Both the position numbers and the translations under genes were made by a program. 64,000 nucleotides of DNA from an uncultured Methanosarcinaceae archaeon (GTDB lineage: Archaea; Halobacteriota; Methanosarcinia; Methanosarcinales; Methanosarcinaceae), in the NCBI GenBank assembly GCA_963833425.1, contig CAWHXP010000005.1, positions 187,902 to 251,901 on the forward strand, in the 5' to 3' direction. The notes beneath the pieces were generated by a model that was not told where the DNA came from, made no database searches, and was given only the letters and a program-made list of their open reading frames with translations. This document shows, in pieces, positions 48,459 to 58,891 of this stretch (its first letter is position 1; each line of letters opens with the position of its first letter).

Positions 48459-49198
48459 ATTAAAAACATGCGCTTAAGATCTCATATGTCTGTCTAAAAA
48501 AAATCTTAAACTTTAATTTTAATAAATTTTTCAAAATGTGAATAGTTTAATTTTTTCCAAAAAAATTAAAACTTCGAATTACTAGCTCAAACAAATTAAA
48601 GTACTGCCCCCTATACTATACTTTGGTCATTGATTTCATCATTTCTCGATTAGGAGGATTGCATCATGCTGTTTTTCCAAAACCTCACTAAACTAATTAG
48701 TTCATTGCCATCGAAGGTTAAGTGTGACCTTGATCATGTGTTAAATTGACTCTATCGGACAAACTGTTTAAATATATTCAGTTACTCTAATTTTCTGTAC
48801 CAGAATTAGTTATGATAATAACCAGATTTTGTGGTTTAGACGCACAAAAATATTTTTTAATTGCCACTATTCTTAATAGATCGGATTAAAAAACTGCAAC
48901 CTTTGAAAAAAAATGAGGGGTAATTTTAGTTCTTAAATTGATTCTATCAGAAAATGTAATGTTGTCTCATGTGAATCTACAAATGATTTTAGGTTTACAG
49001 TTATTATTCTTTGATAAGGGATCTACCTTTTATAACTAAAAAAGAATGATTTCTGAAAACATTTACGTACAAAAAACGGGTAGGATAGATCTGGAAGCCA
49101 TTTCATAATTTTCATTGAATAGCATGAATCAGTTATCAAAAGTTCTCCCAAAAATCATAGAAAATTTAGTTTTTAAGCTCGAAGTCGCCATAAAATTA

Positions 49199-49288
49199 AG
49201 AGGATTTCGATAAACCTCTGATTTCAACAAATTGCTTAATACCTTTTATAAACTATCTACCTAAAAGTGGGGTTTATCGAAATCGTCT
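49199..49288. mobile_element. 90-bp MITE, family B, best-preserved copy, flanked by TA
   Basis: TIRs AGAGGATTTCGATAAACC / GGTTTATCGAAATCGTCT (17/18 complementary). Confidence 0.75.
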
Positions 49289-49497
49289 TAAAAAAAGAAC
49301 ATATCTAAAAAATGAAACTTATACTACTCAGAATCTGAAATGTTTAATATGAATGATACCTGGCAGATTTTTTTGGTGTCTCTCCATGCAGTTAGTTCAA
49401 ATTTTGGTAATATCTATATTTGATTAAAATATTGAATTTCAAGAAAAATCATTCTTTAAGTGAATTTATAATATTTAATTTTGAAGCCCAATTTGAT

Positions 49498-49677
49498 TCA
49501 GCTTTTATTACTTGGACTAAGCCATCCAAAGACAGTCGGACCGAGAATGATGCCGCCAAAAAGCTCGCCCAGGACCGCAGGAAAACGAAGACTCCTCATT
49601 ACATGACCGCACAAAAATGCTACGAAAAGCATCACAGAGATCTCCAGGAAAAATATTACCATATCCATTGGTGCCAT
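49498..49677 (-). pseudogene. Cation:proton antiporter (CPA2/Kef-type) N-terminal fragment
   Basis: MRSLRFPAVLGELFGGIILGPTVFG, followed by a stop. Confidence 0.7.
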
Positions 49678-49939
49678 ACTGAATTATTCTCATTACTTAA
49701 ATTATAAAAGAATATGTCCAAGATTGACCTATAGCACTCGAAAATGCTAATTAAGTAAACATTTTTGCATCCACAGGTTTGTCTAAAAAACACATGACTG
49801 GTCCATAATAAGCTATATATAAAAATGAATTTTGACCAAAGCAAAGCATTTTTATTAGGCTATTCGTGAAAGGTCTTGGAAAGATATCCTGATCCTAGAA
49901 TCGACTTTCTGTAGATCTTTCTTCAAAAATAGTCTTTTT

Positions 49940-50513
49940 CACAATTATTCCATCAACTTAATTATCTTATTTTTAATTTAATTTAGATCTGTAATTTGGA
50001 TTATCACGTTTGAGTTAATTCCAATTTTTCTTTTTGTAATCTTTCTCATCCAACTTTCAACAGATGTACACAAAAATAACATTTCTTTTCTCAATATGGC
50101 AGTAGCTTAAAATTAATCTAACTTCGATAGATAATAGTGAGCAAATAAGCAAACAAATTCTATATGTTTGTACATTTGCGATGTCGTTTGCATTTCAATG
50201 AATCAGCCATAGCAAATCTGTTCTGCGCATGAAACCGCAAGCATTCATCTAACTGGAAACTTAATTATAAAAACATTAAGCACTTAATAACGGAAGATCA
50301 AGTTTTAGGATTATAAGTAATCCCCAAAACTTCGCAGATATTCTTTGCATAGCTCACATACAGCTTTCATTTTGTATTTTCTGTGCCGTTAAAAGCCGTT
50401 TTATAATATCCTGCGTTCAATCCATTTCCACTAAACTTTTTCACAATCAGTACTGATGTAACTGTTTTCCCAATATCTGTATTTGTGGCAGTGAGAAATA
50501 ACTCTTCACTCAC
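49940..50513 (-). pseudogene. bioD: Dethiobiotin synthase, degraded
   Basis: GTGA overlap with the bioB stop; LFLTATNTDIGKTVTS..AGYYK, then stops and frameshifts. Confidence 0.8.
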
Positions 50514-51469
50514 AGCATCTTCACCTCAAATTTAAGCTCTTGAATCATTCTCATATCATCACTAATGATGATTCCTGAAGTTGTCAGCATATCTCCGGAT
50601 ATAGCAGCATTAGCACCTGAAAGAAAGAGGGACCTGCCTTTATCTGCTAGAAGGTTTCTGCCCCCTGCCAATCGAATAGCAGCATCGGGTAAGATAAAGC
50701 GAAAGATTGCCACTGTTTTGCGCACTTCATCAGCTGTCAGCACAGGGAGTTTCCCATAGGGTGTTTCGGGGATTGGACTTAAAATATTAACAGGAACAGA
50801 TTTGATACCTAATCCTCGAATATCCAAAGCCATATCAATGCGATCTTCTATTGTTTCGCCAAGTCCTATAATGCCACCGCTGCATACTTCAAGTCCTGCT
50901 TTTTGTGCTGCTTTTATAGTATTTATTTTATCGTCATAGGTATGAGTTGTGCAGATATTAGGAAAATTTTTGCGTGAAGTTTCCAAATTGTTATGATATC
51001 TTTGCACTCCTACATTTTTTAGTTTTAATAACTGTTCTATAGACAATAAACCATGGGATGCACATAAAGAAATATCACAATTTTTTCTGATTTTACTGTA
51101 ACTATTACAAACGCTTTCTAGTTCATCCGCACCCAGGTTCTTCCCTGATGTCACCACAGAATATCTCAAAATACCTTTGTCACGGTTGTAAATTGCTTCT
51201 TTCAATAAGCTTTTACAATCCAAAAGAGGATACTTCTCTATGGAAACTTTATAATGAGCTGACTGTGCACAAAATTTGCAGTTTTCCGAACATTTCCCAT
51301 TCTTTCCGTTAATAATTGTACAAATGTCAAAGGCGTTGCCACAGAAATGCTGACGCAACTCGTTGGAAGCTGTGCTCAATTTATCTAAATCAGCACTAAT
51401 CAATTGCATCGCATCTTCTTTATTAATTTGTAATCCATTTAATATTTTGTTTTTTATTTGTTGTATCAT
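50510..51469 (-). CDS. bioB: Biotin synthase
   Basis: CSENCKFCAQS, YHNNLETS, CSGGIIGLGE, IRLAGGR. Confidence 0.96.
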   Translation of the reverse strand: MIQQIKNKILNGLQINKEDAMQLISADLDKLSTASNELRQHFCGNAFDICTIINGKNGKCSENCKFCAQSAHYKVSIEKYPLLDCKSLLKEAIYNRDKGILRYSVVTSGKNLGADELESVCNSYSKIRKNCDISLCASHGLLSIEQLLKLKNVGVQRYHNNLETSRKNFPNICTTHTYDDKINTIKAAQKAGLEVCSGGIIGLGETIEDRIDMALDIRGLGIKSVPVNILSPIPETPYGKLPVLTADEVRKTVAIFRFILPDAAIRLAGGRNLLADKGRSLFLSGANAAISGDMLTTSGIIISDDMRMIQELKFEVKML

Positions 51470-51585
51470 AAAACATTAACCGCCTTTCAGGACCCATTTC
51501 CAAAGTTAATATAATATTATTCAAATAACAAGTACAAACAAATAAAAATATATAAATTGCTCCAGAATTTTAAAATCTAGTTTGA

Positions 51586-51924
51586 TCAATTACTCAGATG
51601 CGACTTTATTTCATCGTTTTGTTTTCTTACCATATTGTATGCATCAGCTACTGCAAATATCCAGATACCAAAAAATGTGAAAAATCCGATAATGAGGGCC
51701 ATCAAGCAGAAGCTAAAACCCAATGCAGCAATTATTGCAATTCCTCGAAATATATCCCTGCATAAATCTGGCCAAGCCCTGGAATTATGCAAGATAATAA
51801 CGCTGCAAGAGTAGAACTTTTTCTTTTATTCTTGATTTTTTTCTATGCCATGTTCAGGACATATTTCTGCCATCGTATGGATCTCTGCATCTGTATCACA
51901 TGTTCTACAATATGCTTTTTCCAT
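51586..51924 (-). pseudogene. Zinc-ribbon plus TM2-like membrane protein, disrupted
   Basis: YCRTC..AEICPEHG, LAALLSCIIPGLGQIY, IWIFAVADAY. Confidence 0.65.
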
Positions 51925-52026
51925 CGTACTTACTCCATTAAGATAATTATCTTCATTTAATAGCATATTACTAAATTATGCTCAACAACATTCAGTTCTT
52001 TCAATTATTTGGGGTGCTACTATGCA

Positions 52027-52554
52027 TTATAACATTTGCAACTCTGAAGTTTTTTCTGCAAGAATGAGATTGGGTTGATCATGAATTTCAATTTGATTAG
52101 AGTGTGGTGGGCAAAAAGTACCGGATTTTTGCTTTCTATCAGGGAAAACGGTTATTGAAAGATTAGATAGAGAATGCCCTTTACTCCTAATTTCTAGCTC
52201 CTTATACCAACCAAAAGCGGCCCTTTTCACTTCAATATCTCGCTCTTTTAAAGAACTCTCAAGGCCAGTAAAAATTTCAATTGCAGTTTCAGGGTTGCTT
52301 AAATCGTTTGTAAAATGGGCATACGGATAAATCATAACCTTTTTTGTTTTTATCCTTTCGAGGCGCCTGATAACTTCTAGAGTGGCATTTTCAACAATAT
52401 TATGTGGATTGTCCTCATCGATTTTCTCAGCACAGCAGAAAAGAACGACACATTCTTCCATATAATCTTTTTTTACAGCTATTGGCTCTGCTAATTTTGT
52501 TTTAGTCTTGATATAGTACCGTACATAATCAACGTGGACAAAAATAATTCTAAT
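52027..52554 (-). CDS. Free-standing archaeal threonyl-tRNA synthetase editing domain; start codon appears mutated
   Basis: RIIFVHVD, IYPYAHF, FGWYK, SKGH. The GGAGGA RBS is followed by ATT where ATG is expected. Confidence 0.8.
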   Translation of the reverse strand: MRIIFVHVDYVRYYIKTKTKLAEPIAVKKDYMEECVVLFCCAEKIDEDNPHNIVENATLEVIRRLERIKTKKVMIYPYAHFTNDLSNPETAIEIFTGLESSLKERDIEVKRAAFGWYKELEIRSKGHSLSNLSITVFPDRKQKSGTFCPPHSNQIEIHDQPNLILAEKTSELQML

Positions 52555-52573
52555 TTTGAGTCCTCCTTCCGAG

Positions 52574-54094
52574 TTAACTGAACTTTCCGATAAGAGCACT
52601 TATGCTATCACTTGTAACCATACCTATTATGCAGTTTTCTGAGTCGATGACTGGAAGTGCGGAAATTGAGTAGTTTTCCATGATTGACGATGCAGTCTCG
52701 ATTTTATCGCCTCCATGAACATACCAGACATCACGTGTAATTATCTCATTCAATTCAATTATTTTACAGGCAACTGCTTTTGTAATATCCCAGGAAGTGA
52801 CAATACCTTCAAGTTTTCCATCTTCTGATACGACAGGTAGATGATTTACTTTCTTTTTTACCATGAGTATTGATGCATTTTCTATTGTCTCATCTCTGGA
52901 AACTGAATACAGATTCTGGTTCATGACGTCACTTACAAGAATCTGTGATAGGAAACTTCTTATTAGGTAATTCATCTGCCCTTCTTCAAGCAAGAAGGCA
53001 TCATGACCATATTGAGACCTGATTTCTTCGTATTTTGCATCAACTCCATTTGCCGTAAGAGAAGATACGATTTCTTGAGCTTGATAAGGAGGATAGAGCC
53101 AATCTGAAGTTATGGAAATTACAAGGTACTTTGCAGTAACTCCAGTAAAGCCTTCCACGAGGGACCCATTCTTTGAAAGGTCAAAGAAATCCACACATTT
53201 TGTAATATAGAGATACGAATTAGCGTCAAAACGCTTTGTAAAGGTGTCTCCCTGATGATTCAGATAGCTTTCTACCTGAAAATTTGGTGAGCGATCTATA
53301 CCTTCTTCATCCTGCTGAACTCTTCCAAACTTCTTTTGCATCGAAGCATCGCTTAGGTAAGTTATATGGCCCACCATGCGTGCAAGTGCAAGTCCTTGTA
53401 CAGGTATTTCTTTCCCGTAATAATTCCCTTTGTTCCATTTCGGGTCATCAGTTATTGCTTTCCTTCCGATTGCTCCGAATGCAATTTGTTGTGGGGTTGA
53501 GGATGCAGTGGTAGCTATTGCGATAGCCTTTTTTACCATTTCAGGGTAGCTCACCGTCCATTGAAGCACCTGCATCCCGCCCATTGAACCGCCTGCAACT
53601 GCATAAAGTTGTCTTATTCCTAGATATTCGATCAGTTTCTTCTGGGCATTCACAATATCTGCTATAGTAATTACAGGAAATGAGATGCCATAGGGCTCCC
53701 CTGTTTCAAGATCTATGGAAGAAGGACCTGTGGATCCCTTACAGCCACCCAATATGTTTGAACAAATGACGCAGTATTTCTCTGTATCAAATCCTTTGTT
53801 TGGGCCAATTACTATGTTCCACCAGCCGGGCTTTTTATCTCCCTTATGAAACCCTGCAGCATGGGCATCACCTGTTAAGGCGTGGCAGATTAGGATGACA
53901 TTGCTCTTATCAACATTCATCTTTCCATAAATTTCGTATTCTATACTGACATTGGAAAGAGTTTTCCCACTCTCCAGACTTAAAATTCCAGGAATTTTGT
54001 AGTTCATTGAACGAACTATTCCTAAATTTTGGCCTTTTTTTCCCGAAAAGAAATTTTTAAAGGAGGGAACCTTGACCGAAATTTCCATGTTCAT
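52574..54094 (-). CDS. metX: Homoserine O-acetyltransferase with a C-terminal CBS pair
   Basis: CHALTGD, GGSMGGMQ, RFDANSY, YGHDAFL; two CBS repeats. Confidence 0.95.
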   Translation of the reverse strand: MNMEISVKVPSFKNFFSGKKGQNLGIVRSMNYKIPGILSLESGKTLSNVSIEYEIYGKMNVDKSNVILICHALTGDAHAAGFHKGDKKPGWWNIVIGPNKGFDTEKYCVICSNILGGCKGSTGPSSIDLETGEPYGISFPVITIADIVNAQKKLIEYLGIRQLYAVAGGSMGGMQVLQWTVSYPEMVKKAIAIATTASSTPQQIAFGAIGRKAITDDPKWNKGNYYGKEIPVQGLALARMVGHITYLSDASMQKKFGRVQQDEEGIDRSPNFQVESYLNHQGDTFTKRFDANSYLYITKCVDFFDLSKNGSLVEGFTGVTAKYLVISITSDWLYPPYQAQEIVSSLTANGVDAKYEEIRSQYGHDAFLLEEGQMNYLIRSFLSQILVSDVMNQNLYSVSRDETIENASILMVKKKVNHLPVVSEDGKLEGIVTSWDITKAVACKIIELNEIITRDVWYVHGGDKIETASSIMENYSISALPVIDSENCIIGMVTSDSISALIGKFS

Positions 54095-54367
54095 ACCTCT
54101 GGAAGTGCATGTTCTATATTGAACTTTATGTTTTCAGTATCATTCAGACCCATGGGCAAAGTTCCTCTAAAAATATTTTATAGATATTCAAGACTACATA
54201 GGGCTTCAAACGTTCCTTGCATCCTGATATCTTGTACCATCCTTCTATTCTATCCCTTTTTCAGCTTTCTTTCGAGTAAGAAGCGGAACCTAACTCACTT
54301 AATTCCGAGTTGCGCTGAGAGTATAGTCACTCTGCCGTTCTGGTATACATTCGATTATCATATACAT

Positions 54368-54400
54368 TCACAATTGTGACAGCGTTATCGCATTTGTGAT
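54368..54400. promoter_or_regulatory. Tandem candidate operators (TCACAATTGTGA; TCGCATTTGTGA) just downstream of a minus-strand TATA box
   Basis: Perfect 12-bp palindrome at 54368-54379, variant at 54388-54399, TTTATA on the minus strand at 54405-54410. Confidence 0.65.
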
Positions 54401-54539
54401 ACTAGTATAAATATTTATTTCTTAATACGAGAAAAGGAGAGTATGGATGAGATTACTTTAAGAAAATATTTAGTGAAAAGTTGAAGAATTAATTCGTCAG
54501 GCTCCCCTTAAAATTAAATCAGAAAATAATTTTCTCCAG

Positions 54540-55237
54540 ATTATAGCAAAAAGCCTTCTCTGAAGCAGAACATTTTTTTTATTAGAGAATTTTCTTTTCA
54601 ATTTTTAACTCTTTCTTTTTCTGTTTCGATTATAAATTCCTTAGAACTTGATCTTTTTATATTTTGTATAATTTCAGAGTGCTAAGAATATGGTCTGCAA
54701 GTTTAAGAACTTCAGGCATGCACTCGAGATATACATAAAATATTATACTATGATCTTTTTGTTGGTGTGAAGGGATACAAATTTTTCTAGATTTTAATCT
54801 GGAATGAAAATACTCTACCAGTTTTCAATAAAATCTACTACATTTATTGGGTTTGCAGACTTGTGTAGATACAGATTCCGTTGTCACTACGACTGAGTTA
54901 TTTACGTAGCATATGACAATTACTTTTGGATTTTTTCCCCTAATATTTCAAAATACTTTGCAGTTATGATTCTTTCACTGGTAGCCTAAATCCGGAATAG
55001 ATAAAATAATTATCATTTTAATAAAAATAATTGGTGTCGAGTCTGCCATTAAATGAACACCTGCAAAAACTATAAACCCAAGTTTTGAGCTCACTGCTAC
55101 TGTATAGGAGGGAAGAAAATCTGCAACAAAATCCACAATGCTCTGAACTTTATCATGTGTGTAAGAATGTACAAAGATTATTGTATTCGTTTCTTTGCTA
55201 AGTTTTTTATTTCTTCTGCAATTTCCCAGTTTTCCAT
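54540..55237 (-). pseudogene. nadA: Quinolinate synthase, degraded
   Basis: EEIKNLAKKR, VQSIVDFVAD, IVFAGVHLMADS, ICYVN, ECMPEVLKLADHILST. Confidence 0.8.
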
Positions 55238-55311
55238 ACTAATCTTTTTCCTCAAACTGCAGGAGTAAAAATAAAGAAATCAGTTTTAATAAAACAATCA
55301 GTTATTAATTG

Positions 55312-56043
55312 TTATCTTCTTCCATTAATTCCGCATATCGGACAATTATCTGTTTTGTTAACATTTAGTTCGCTAAAAGAGCATGAAAAACCGTCCCATA
55401 ACAAGAGGCGATTTTCCAGAAGCTTTCCCTGGCCTGTTATATATTTAATCGCTTCATTTGCCTGAATCGCACCAATTACCCCTGGGGTTGTTCCAAGTAC
55501 CGGAAACACTTCTTTTTTGAATGAGCTAGGGAATAAACAGCAAAGACATGGTGTTTTTCCTGGGATTACTGTTGTCACTTGGCCCCTATACCCTGATACT
55601 GCGCCGTGAATGAGGGGTATTTTTCGTTCAACTGAAAGCTTATTCAAAGCATGTCTAGTATCAAAATTGTCAAGCGCATCTATGATCAGGTCACAAAGAG
55701 GGACTATTGAGCTTACATTCTCATCAGTTATTTTTTCCTTGATCGTATCCACTTTTATTTCAGGATTCAGAGAAATAAGTTTTTCTTTCGCAGATTCTAC
55801 CTTATCTCTTCCAATGTCTCTTTCATGGTGGAGAAACTGTCTATTCAGATTGCTGGAATCTACTATATCAAAATCTGCAATTATTATTTCCCCGACACCT
55901 GCAACCGCGAGGTAAGTTGAGATCGGAGACCCTAACCCCCCTGTCCCAGCAACAAATACTCTTGCCTTGCTTAATTTTTCCTGGCCTTCTACTCCAAAAA
56001 GCATTATTTGCCGGATATATTTTCCAGTTATATTTTTATCCAT
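55312..56043 (-). CDS. HesA/MoeB/ThiF family adenylyltransferase
   Basis: GTGGLGS, SNLNRQFLH, DALDNF, PCLCC, CPIC. Confidence 0.93.
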   Translation of the reverse strand: MDKNITGKYIRQIMLFGVEGQEKLSKARVFVAGTGGLGSPISTYLAVAGVGEIIIADFDIVDSSNLNRQFLHHERDIGRDKVESAKEKLISLNPEIKVDTIKEKITDENVSSIVPLCDLIIDALDNFDTRHALNKLSVERKIPLIHGAVSGYRGQVTTVIPGKTPCLCCLFPSSFKKEVFPVLGTTPGVIGAIQANEAIKYITGQGKLLENRLLLWDGFSCSFSELNVNKTDNCPICGINGRR

Positions 56044-56285
56044 TGTTCTTCTCCAAAATTTGGATCCTTGATATTTTTAAGATAAATAGTAACTATTCTA
56101 GGCGGATAAATAAACATCAATAGCCACCTTTTTTAAGATTTAATTGGGATACTTTTCTCAAATAATTTGCATCAATTGTTGGCTTTTAATCACGCTTTTT
56201 AGCATGGCTAGTAATAGCATTTGTCTGCTACATAAAAATCAATATCAATAAGTTGATTTTTAGTAGGCTGAATAGTTATAATAAA

Positions 56286-56675
56286 TCATTCTATCCAGGA
56301 ATCAAGTCCTTTTTTTCTGAGATAGTCGTTAATAGCTTCATGGACTGCTTCTTCTGCAAGCATTGAACAGTGCATTTTTGTCGGTGGGGGTCAATCAAGC
56401 GCTCCTGCAACTGCTTTATTTGAAAAATTCCAAGCTTCTTCCAGAGTTCTTACTTTGATTATTTTGGTTGCCATACTGCTTGATGCGATCGCAGCCACGC
56501 ATCCAAACGTCTGGAACTTCACGTCTGCAATCCGATCTCCGTCTATTTTGAGGAATATCTTCATTAAATCTCCGCATTTTGCGTTTCCAACCTCACCTAT
56601 TCCATCACTGTTCTCAATACTTCCCATATTTCTGGGATTTAAAAAATGGTCCATCACTTTAGCGCTGTAATCCAT
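56286..56675 (-). pseudogene. iscU: Fe-S scaffold IscU/NifU with a premature in-frame TGA (56391-56393)
   Basis: DHFLNPRNMG, CGD, FGC. The frame continues past the TGA as PPPTKMHCSMLAEEA to a stop at 56286. Confidence 0.88.
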
Positions 56676-56785
56676 GAGCTATCCTCTATCAATATTTTCC
56701 AATCTTCAAATTATTCAAAAAACTTCTTCTGACTCAAAATTTCTTAGCAATTCTCCATCTTATTTTGTTTCCCTCATTCTTTTTC

Positions 56786-57970
56786 TTAAAGAGTCCTATA
56801 TTCCTGAGGCGTCAATGGTGACATATTCCTTAGCTTCTGCACTATTTCAGGAAGAATCTCAAGTATCCTATCCACATCTTCTGGGGTATTCATCATTCCA
56901 AGACTCGATCTCAAAGAACCGCGAATTATCTCATGCGTGGCTCCACAAGCTGTAAGCACATGCGAGGTCTCGAGAGAAGAAGAGTTACATGCGCTTCCGG
57001 TGGATGCTAAAATTCCTTTAGCATTTAAGGAAAGCAGAAGAGATTCTCCTTCTATATATTCAAAAGTTACATTTACGTTGTTTGCGAGCCTTTGTGTGGG
57101 ATGCCCGTTGAGATGGGTTTGGGGAATCTTAAGAAGGCCTTTAATCAGGCGCTCTCTCATCTCAACCAGGGTTTTATTTGAGTCTTCAATTTCGCCTGTT
57201 GCAAGCTCTATAGCCTTCCCAAGGCCTACAATAGCGTGGACATTCTCGGTCCCTGCCCTGCGTTTTCTTTCCTGATTCCCACCATGAATAAGCGTTTCTA
57301 TTTTTGTTCCTGTTTTTATGTAGAGTACCCCGCATCCCTTAGGTCCTTGGAATTTATGTCCTGAAAGGGATAGAAGGTCAATATTCATTTTTTGAACATC
57401 TATAGGGATGTGGCCTATTGCCTGAACAGCATCAGTGTGGAAATATATCCCGTTCTTTCTCGCAATTTTTCCGATTTCTTCGACAGGCTGAATTGTCCCG
57501 ATTTCATTATTTGCAAGCATTATGGAAATGAGTATAGTGTCATTCCTGATTGCGTTCTTCAAATACTCAGGTGATAACAGTCCATATTTATCTACAGGAA
57601 AGTATGTTACCTCAAATCCCTCTCCTTCCAGCCATTCACAGGCGTTCAGGACTGCATGGTGCTCGATAGAGGAGGTGATTATGTGTTTCCCCTTGTTCCT
57701 GTTTGCAAAGGCTATCCCCTTTATCGCCCAGTTATCGGACTCCGTACCTCCTGATGTAAAGTAAATCTCGTTCTCTTCAGCACCTATAGCTTTTGCAATC
57801 TTTTTTCTTGCGTTTTCGATTGCATGTTTAGAGGTTTTCCCCAGATCATATATAGAGGACGGATTTCCAAAATATTCTGTCATGTAAAGTATCATACTTT
57901 CGAAAACTTCTTTTCTTACAGGAGTTGTAGAAGAGTTGTCCATGTAAATTTTCAAGTTCTCAACTGTCAC
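56786..57970 (-). CDS. iscS: Cysteine desulfurase
   Basis: YMDNSSTT, FTSGGTESDN, HTDAVQ, SGHKFQGPKG, STGSAC; GTG start after a GAAGGTG RBS. Confidence 0.96.
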   Translation of the reverse strand: MTVENLKIYMDNSSTTPVRKEVFESMILYMTEYFGNPSSIYDLGKTSKHAIENARKKIAKAIGAEENEIYFTSGGTESDNWAIKGIAFANRNKGKHIITSSIEHHAVLNACEWLEGEGFEVTYFPVDKYGLLSPEYLKNAIRNDTILISIMLANNEIGTIQPVEEIGKIARKNGIYFHTDAVQAIGHIPIDVQKMNIDLLSLSGHKFQGPKGCGVLYIKTGTKIETLIHGGNQERKRRAGTENVHAIVGLGKAIELATGEIEDSNKTLVEMRERLIKGLLKIPQTHLNGHPTQRLANNVNVTFEYIEGESLLLSLNAKGILASTGSACNSSSLETSHVLTACGATHEIIRGSLRSSLGMMNTPEDVDRILEILPEIVQKLRNMSPLTPQEYRTL

Positions 57971-57980
57971 ACCCACACCT

Positions 57981-57992
57981 TCACAATTGTTA
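57981..57992. promoter_or_regulatory. Candidate operator (TCACAATTGTTA) upstream of iscS
   Basis: 11/12 match to the palindrome; adjacent to the iscS RBS. Confidence 0.55.
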
Positions 57993-58162
57993 ATAATCAT
58001 AAAGATTATCACTATTTAATTTTTACCGTGTAATACATTAGGGTAAATTAGACAAATTTTTTAAAACTAGCTGTTTGTATAGAAATCATCAATTTATAGC
58101 TTAATCCCAGTACAATTATTTTTTACAATGAAAATAATATATATGGTAAACAATACAATGAT

Positions 58163-58174
58163 TCACAATTGTGA
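58163..58174. promoter_or_regulatory. Candidate operator (TCACAATTGTGA) upstream of the HTH regulator
   Basis: Perfect palindrome between a TATA-like sequence (about 58135-58144) and the ATG at 58197. Confidence 0.65.
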
Positions 58175-58196
58175 TTATTTAAGTGTGATGGTGATT

Positions 58197-58541
58197 ATGG
58201 AAACTCCATGCCAGAAGGTTGTGTGGGATCTCGTCCCCGCAATAAGGGCTAGTCTTTCAATAGAACTTGTAAACAAAGGACAGTCACAGGCAACTTCTGC
58301 AAAGTTGCTGGGGATTGCGCCTTCGGCAGTTTCCCAGTATATTTCGGGAAAAAGAGGTTACAGGATCGAATTTAAGGGTGAAACAAAGGAATTGATAAAA
58401 AAACTTGCTCAGGATTTGATAGACAATAAAGTCGACGACTTTGTGGCAAGGATATGTAAGATCTGTGTAAATGCAAGAGGAATTGAAAGTAACTGCAAAC
58501 GTAGTTTTGGTCTCGAAGATTTAGGTAAGAAAGCAGTGTAA
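58197..58541 (+). CDS. Archaeal HTH transcriptional regulator with Cys motifs, divergent from iscS
   Basis: METPCQ..VPAIRA..SQATSAKLLGIAPSAVSQYISGKRG..CKIC. Confidence 0.88.
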   Translation: METPCQKVVWDLVPAIRASLSIELVNKGQSQATSAKLLGIAPSAVSQYISGKRGYRIEFKGETKELIKKLAQDLIDNKVDDFVARICKICVNARGIESNCKRSFGLEDLGKKAV

Positions 58542-58572
58542 CTTGAAAAATAAAAGCTTATTTAAGTTGAAT

Positions 58573-58597
58573 ACACCGCAGCTTGCTGCGAGGATGT
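58573..58597. repeat. Short palindrome CGCAGCTTGCTGCG (REP-like or IS200/IS605-end-like); degenerate copies at about 2487, 5476 and 6637
   Basis: Shared GCAGCTT/GCTTGCTGCG core. Confidence 0.4.
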
Positions 58598-58891
58598 AAG
58601 CATATGTATTTTGACTAACTTTTATATTTGAGGTACAGAAACTCCTCGAGAATTATATCTTTAACATAAATTAGATTCACTAATGTGAATCATGTGTACA
58701 TTCTTATATTGCTCTGCAAATACTAGTGTAGATTGGGCTCTGTAGAAATCCTTAATTTGATGCAAATTATTTCTACAATCTTTTTGTGTATGTCATACAC
58801 TATGAGTTCAAATTTCACTTTTTTTACCGATTACGGAACTTTCTTGCCTTAAGTACTTCTCAAAACTTTCTTTTGGCAACAGAGAATGTTG

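Noticed and set aside
56391..56393. Selenocysteine recoding in iscU
   Set aside because: The TGA is at an expected Gly position, not Cys, and Methanosarcina is not known to use Sec.
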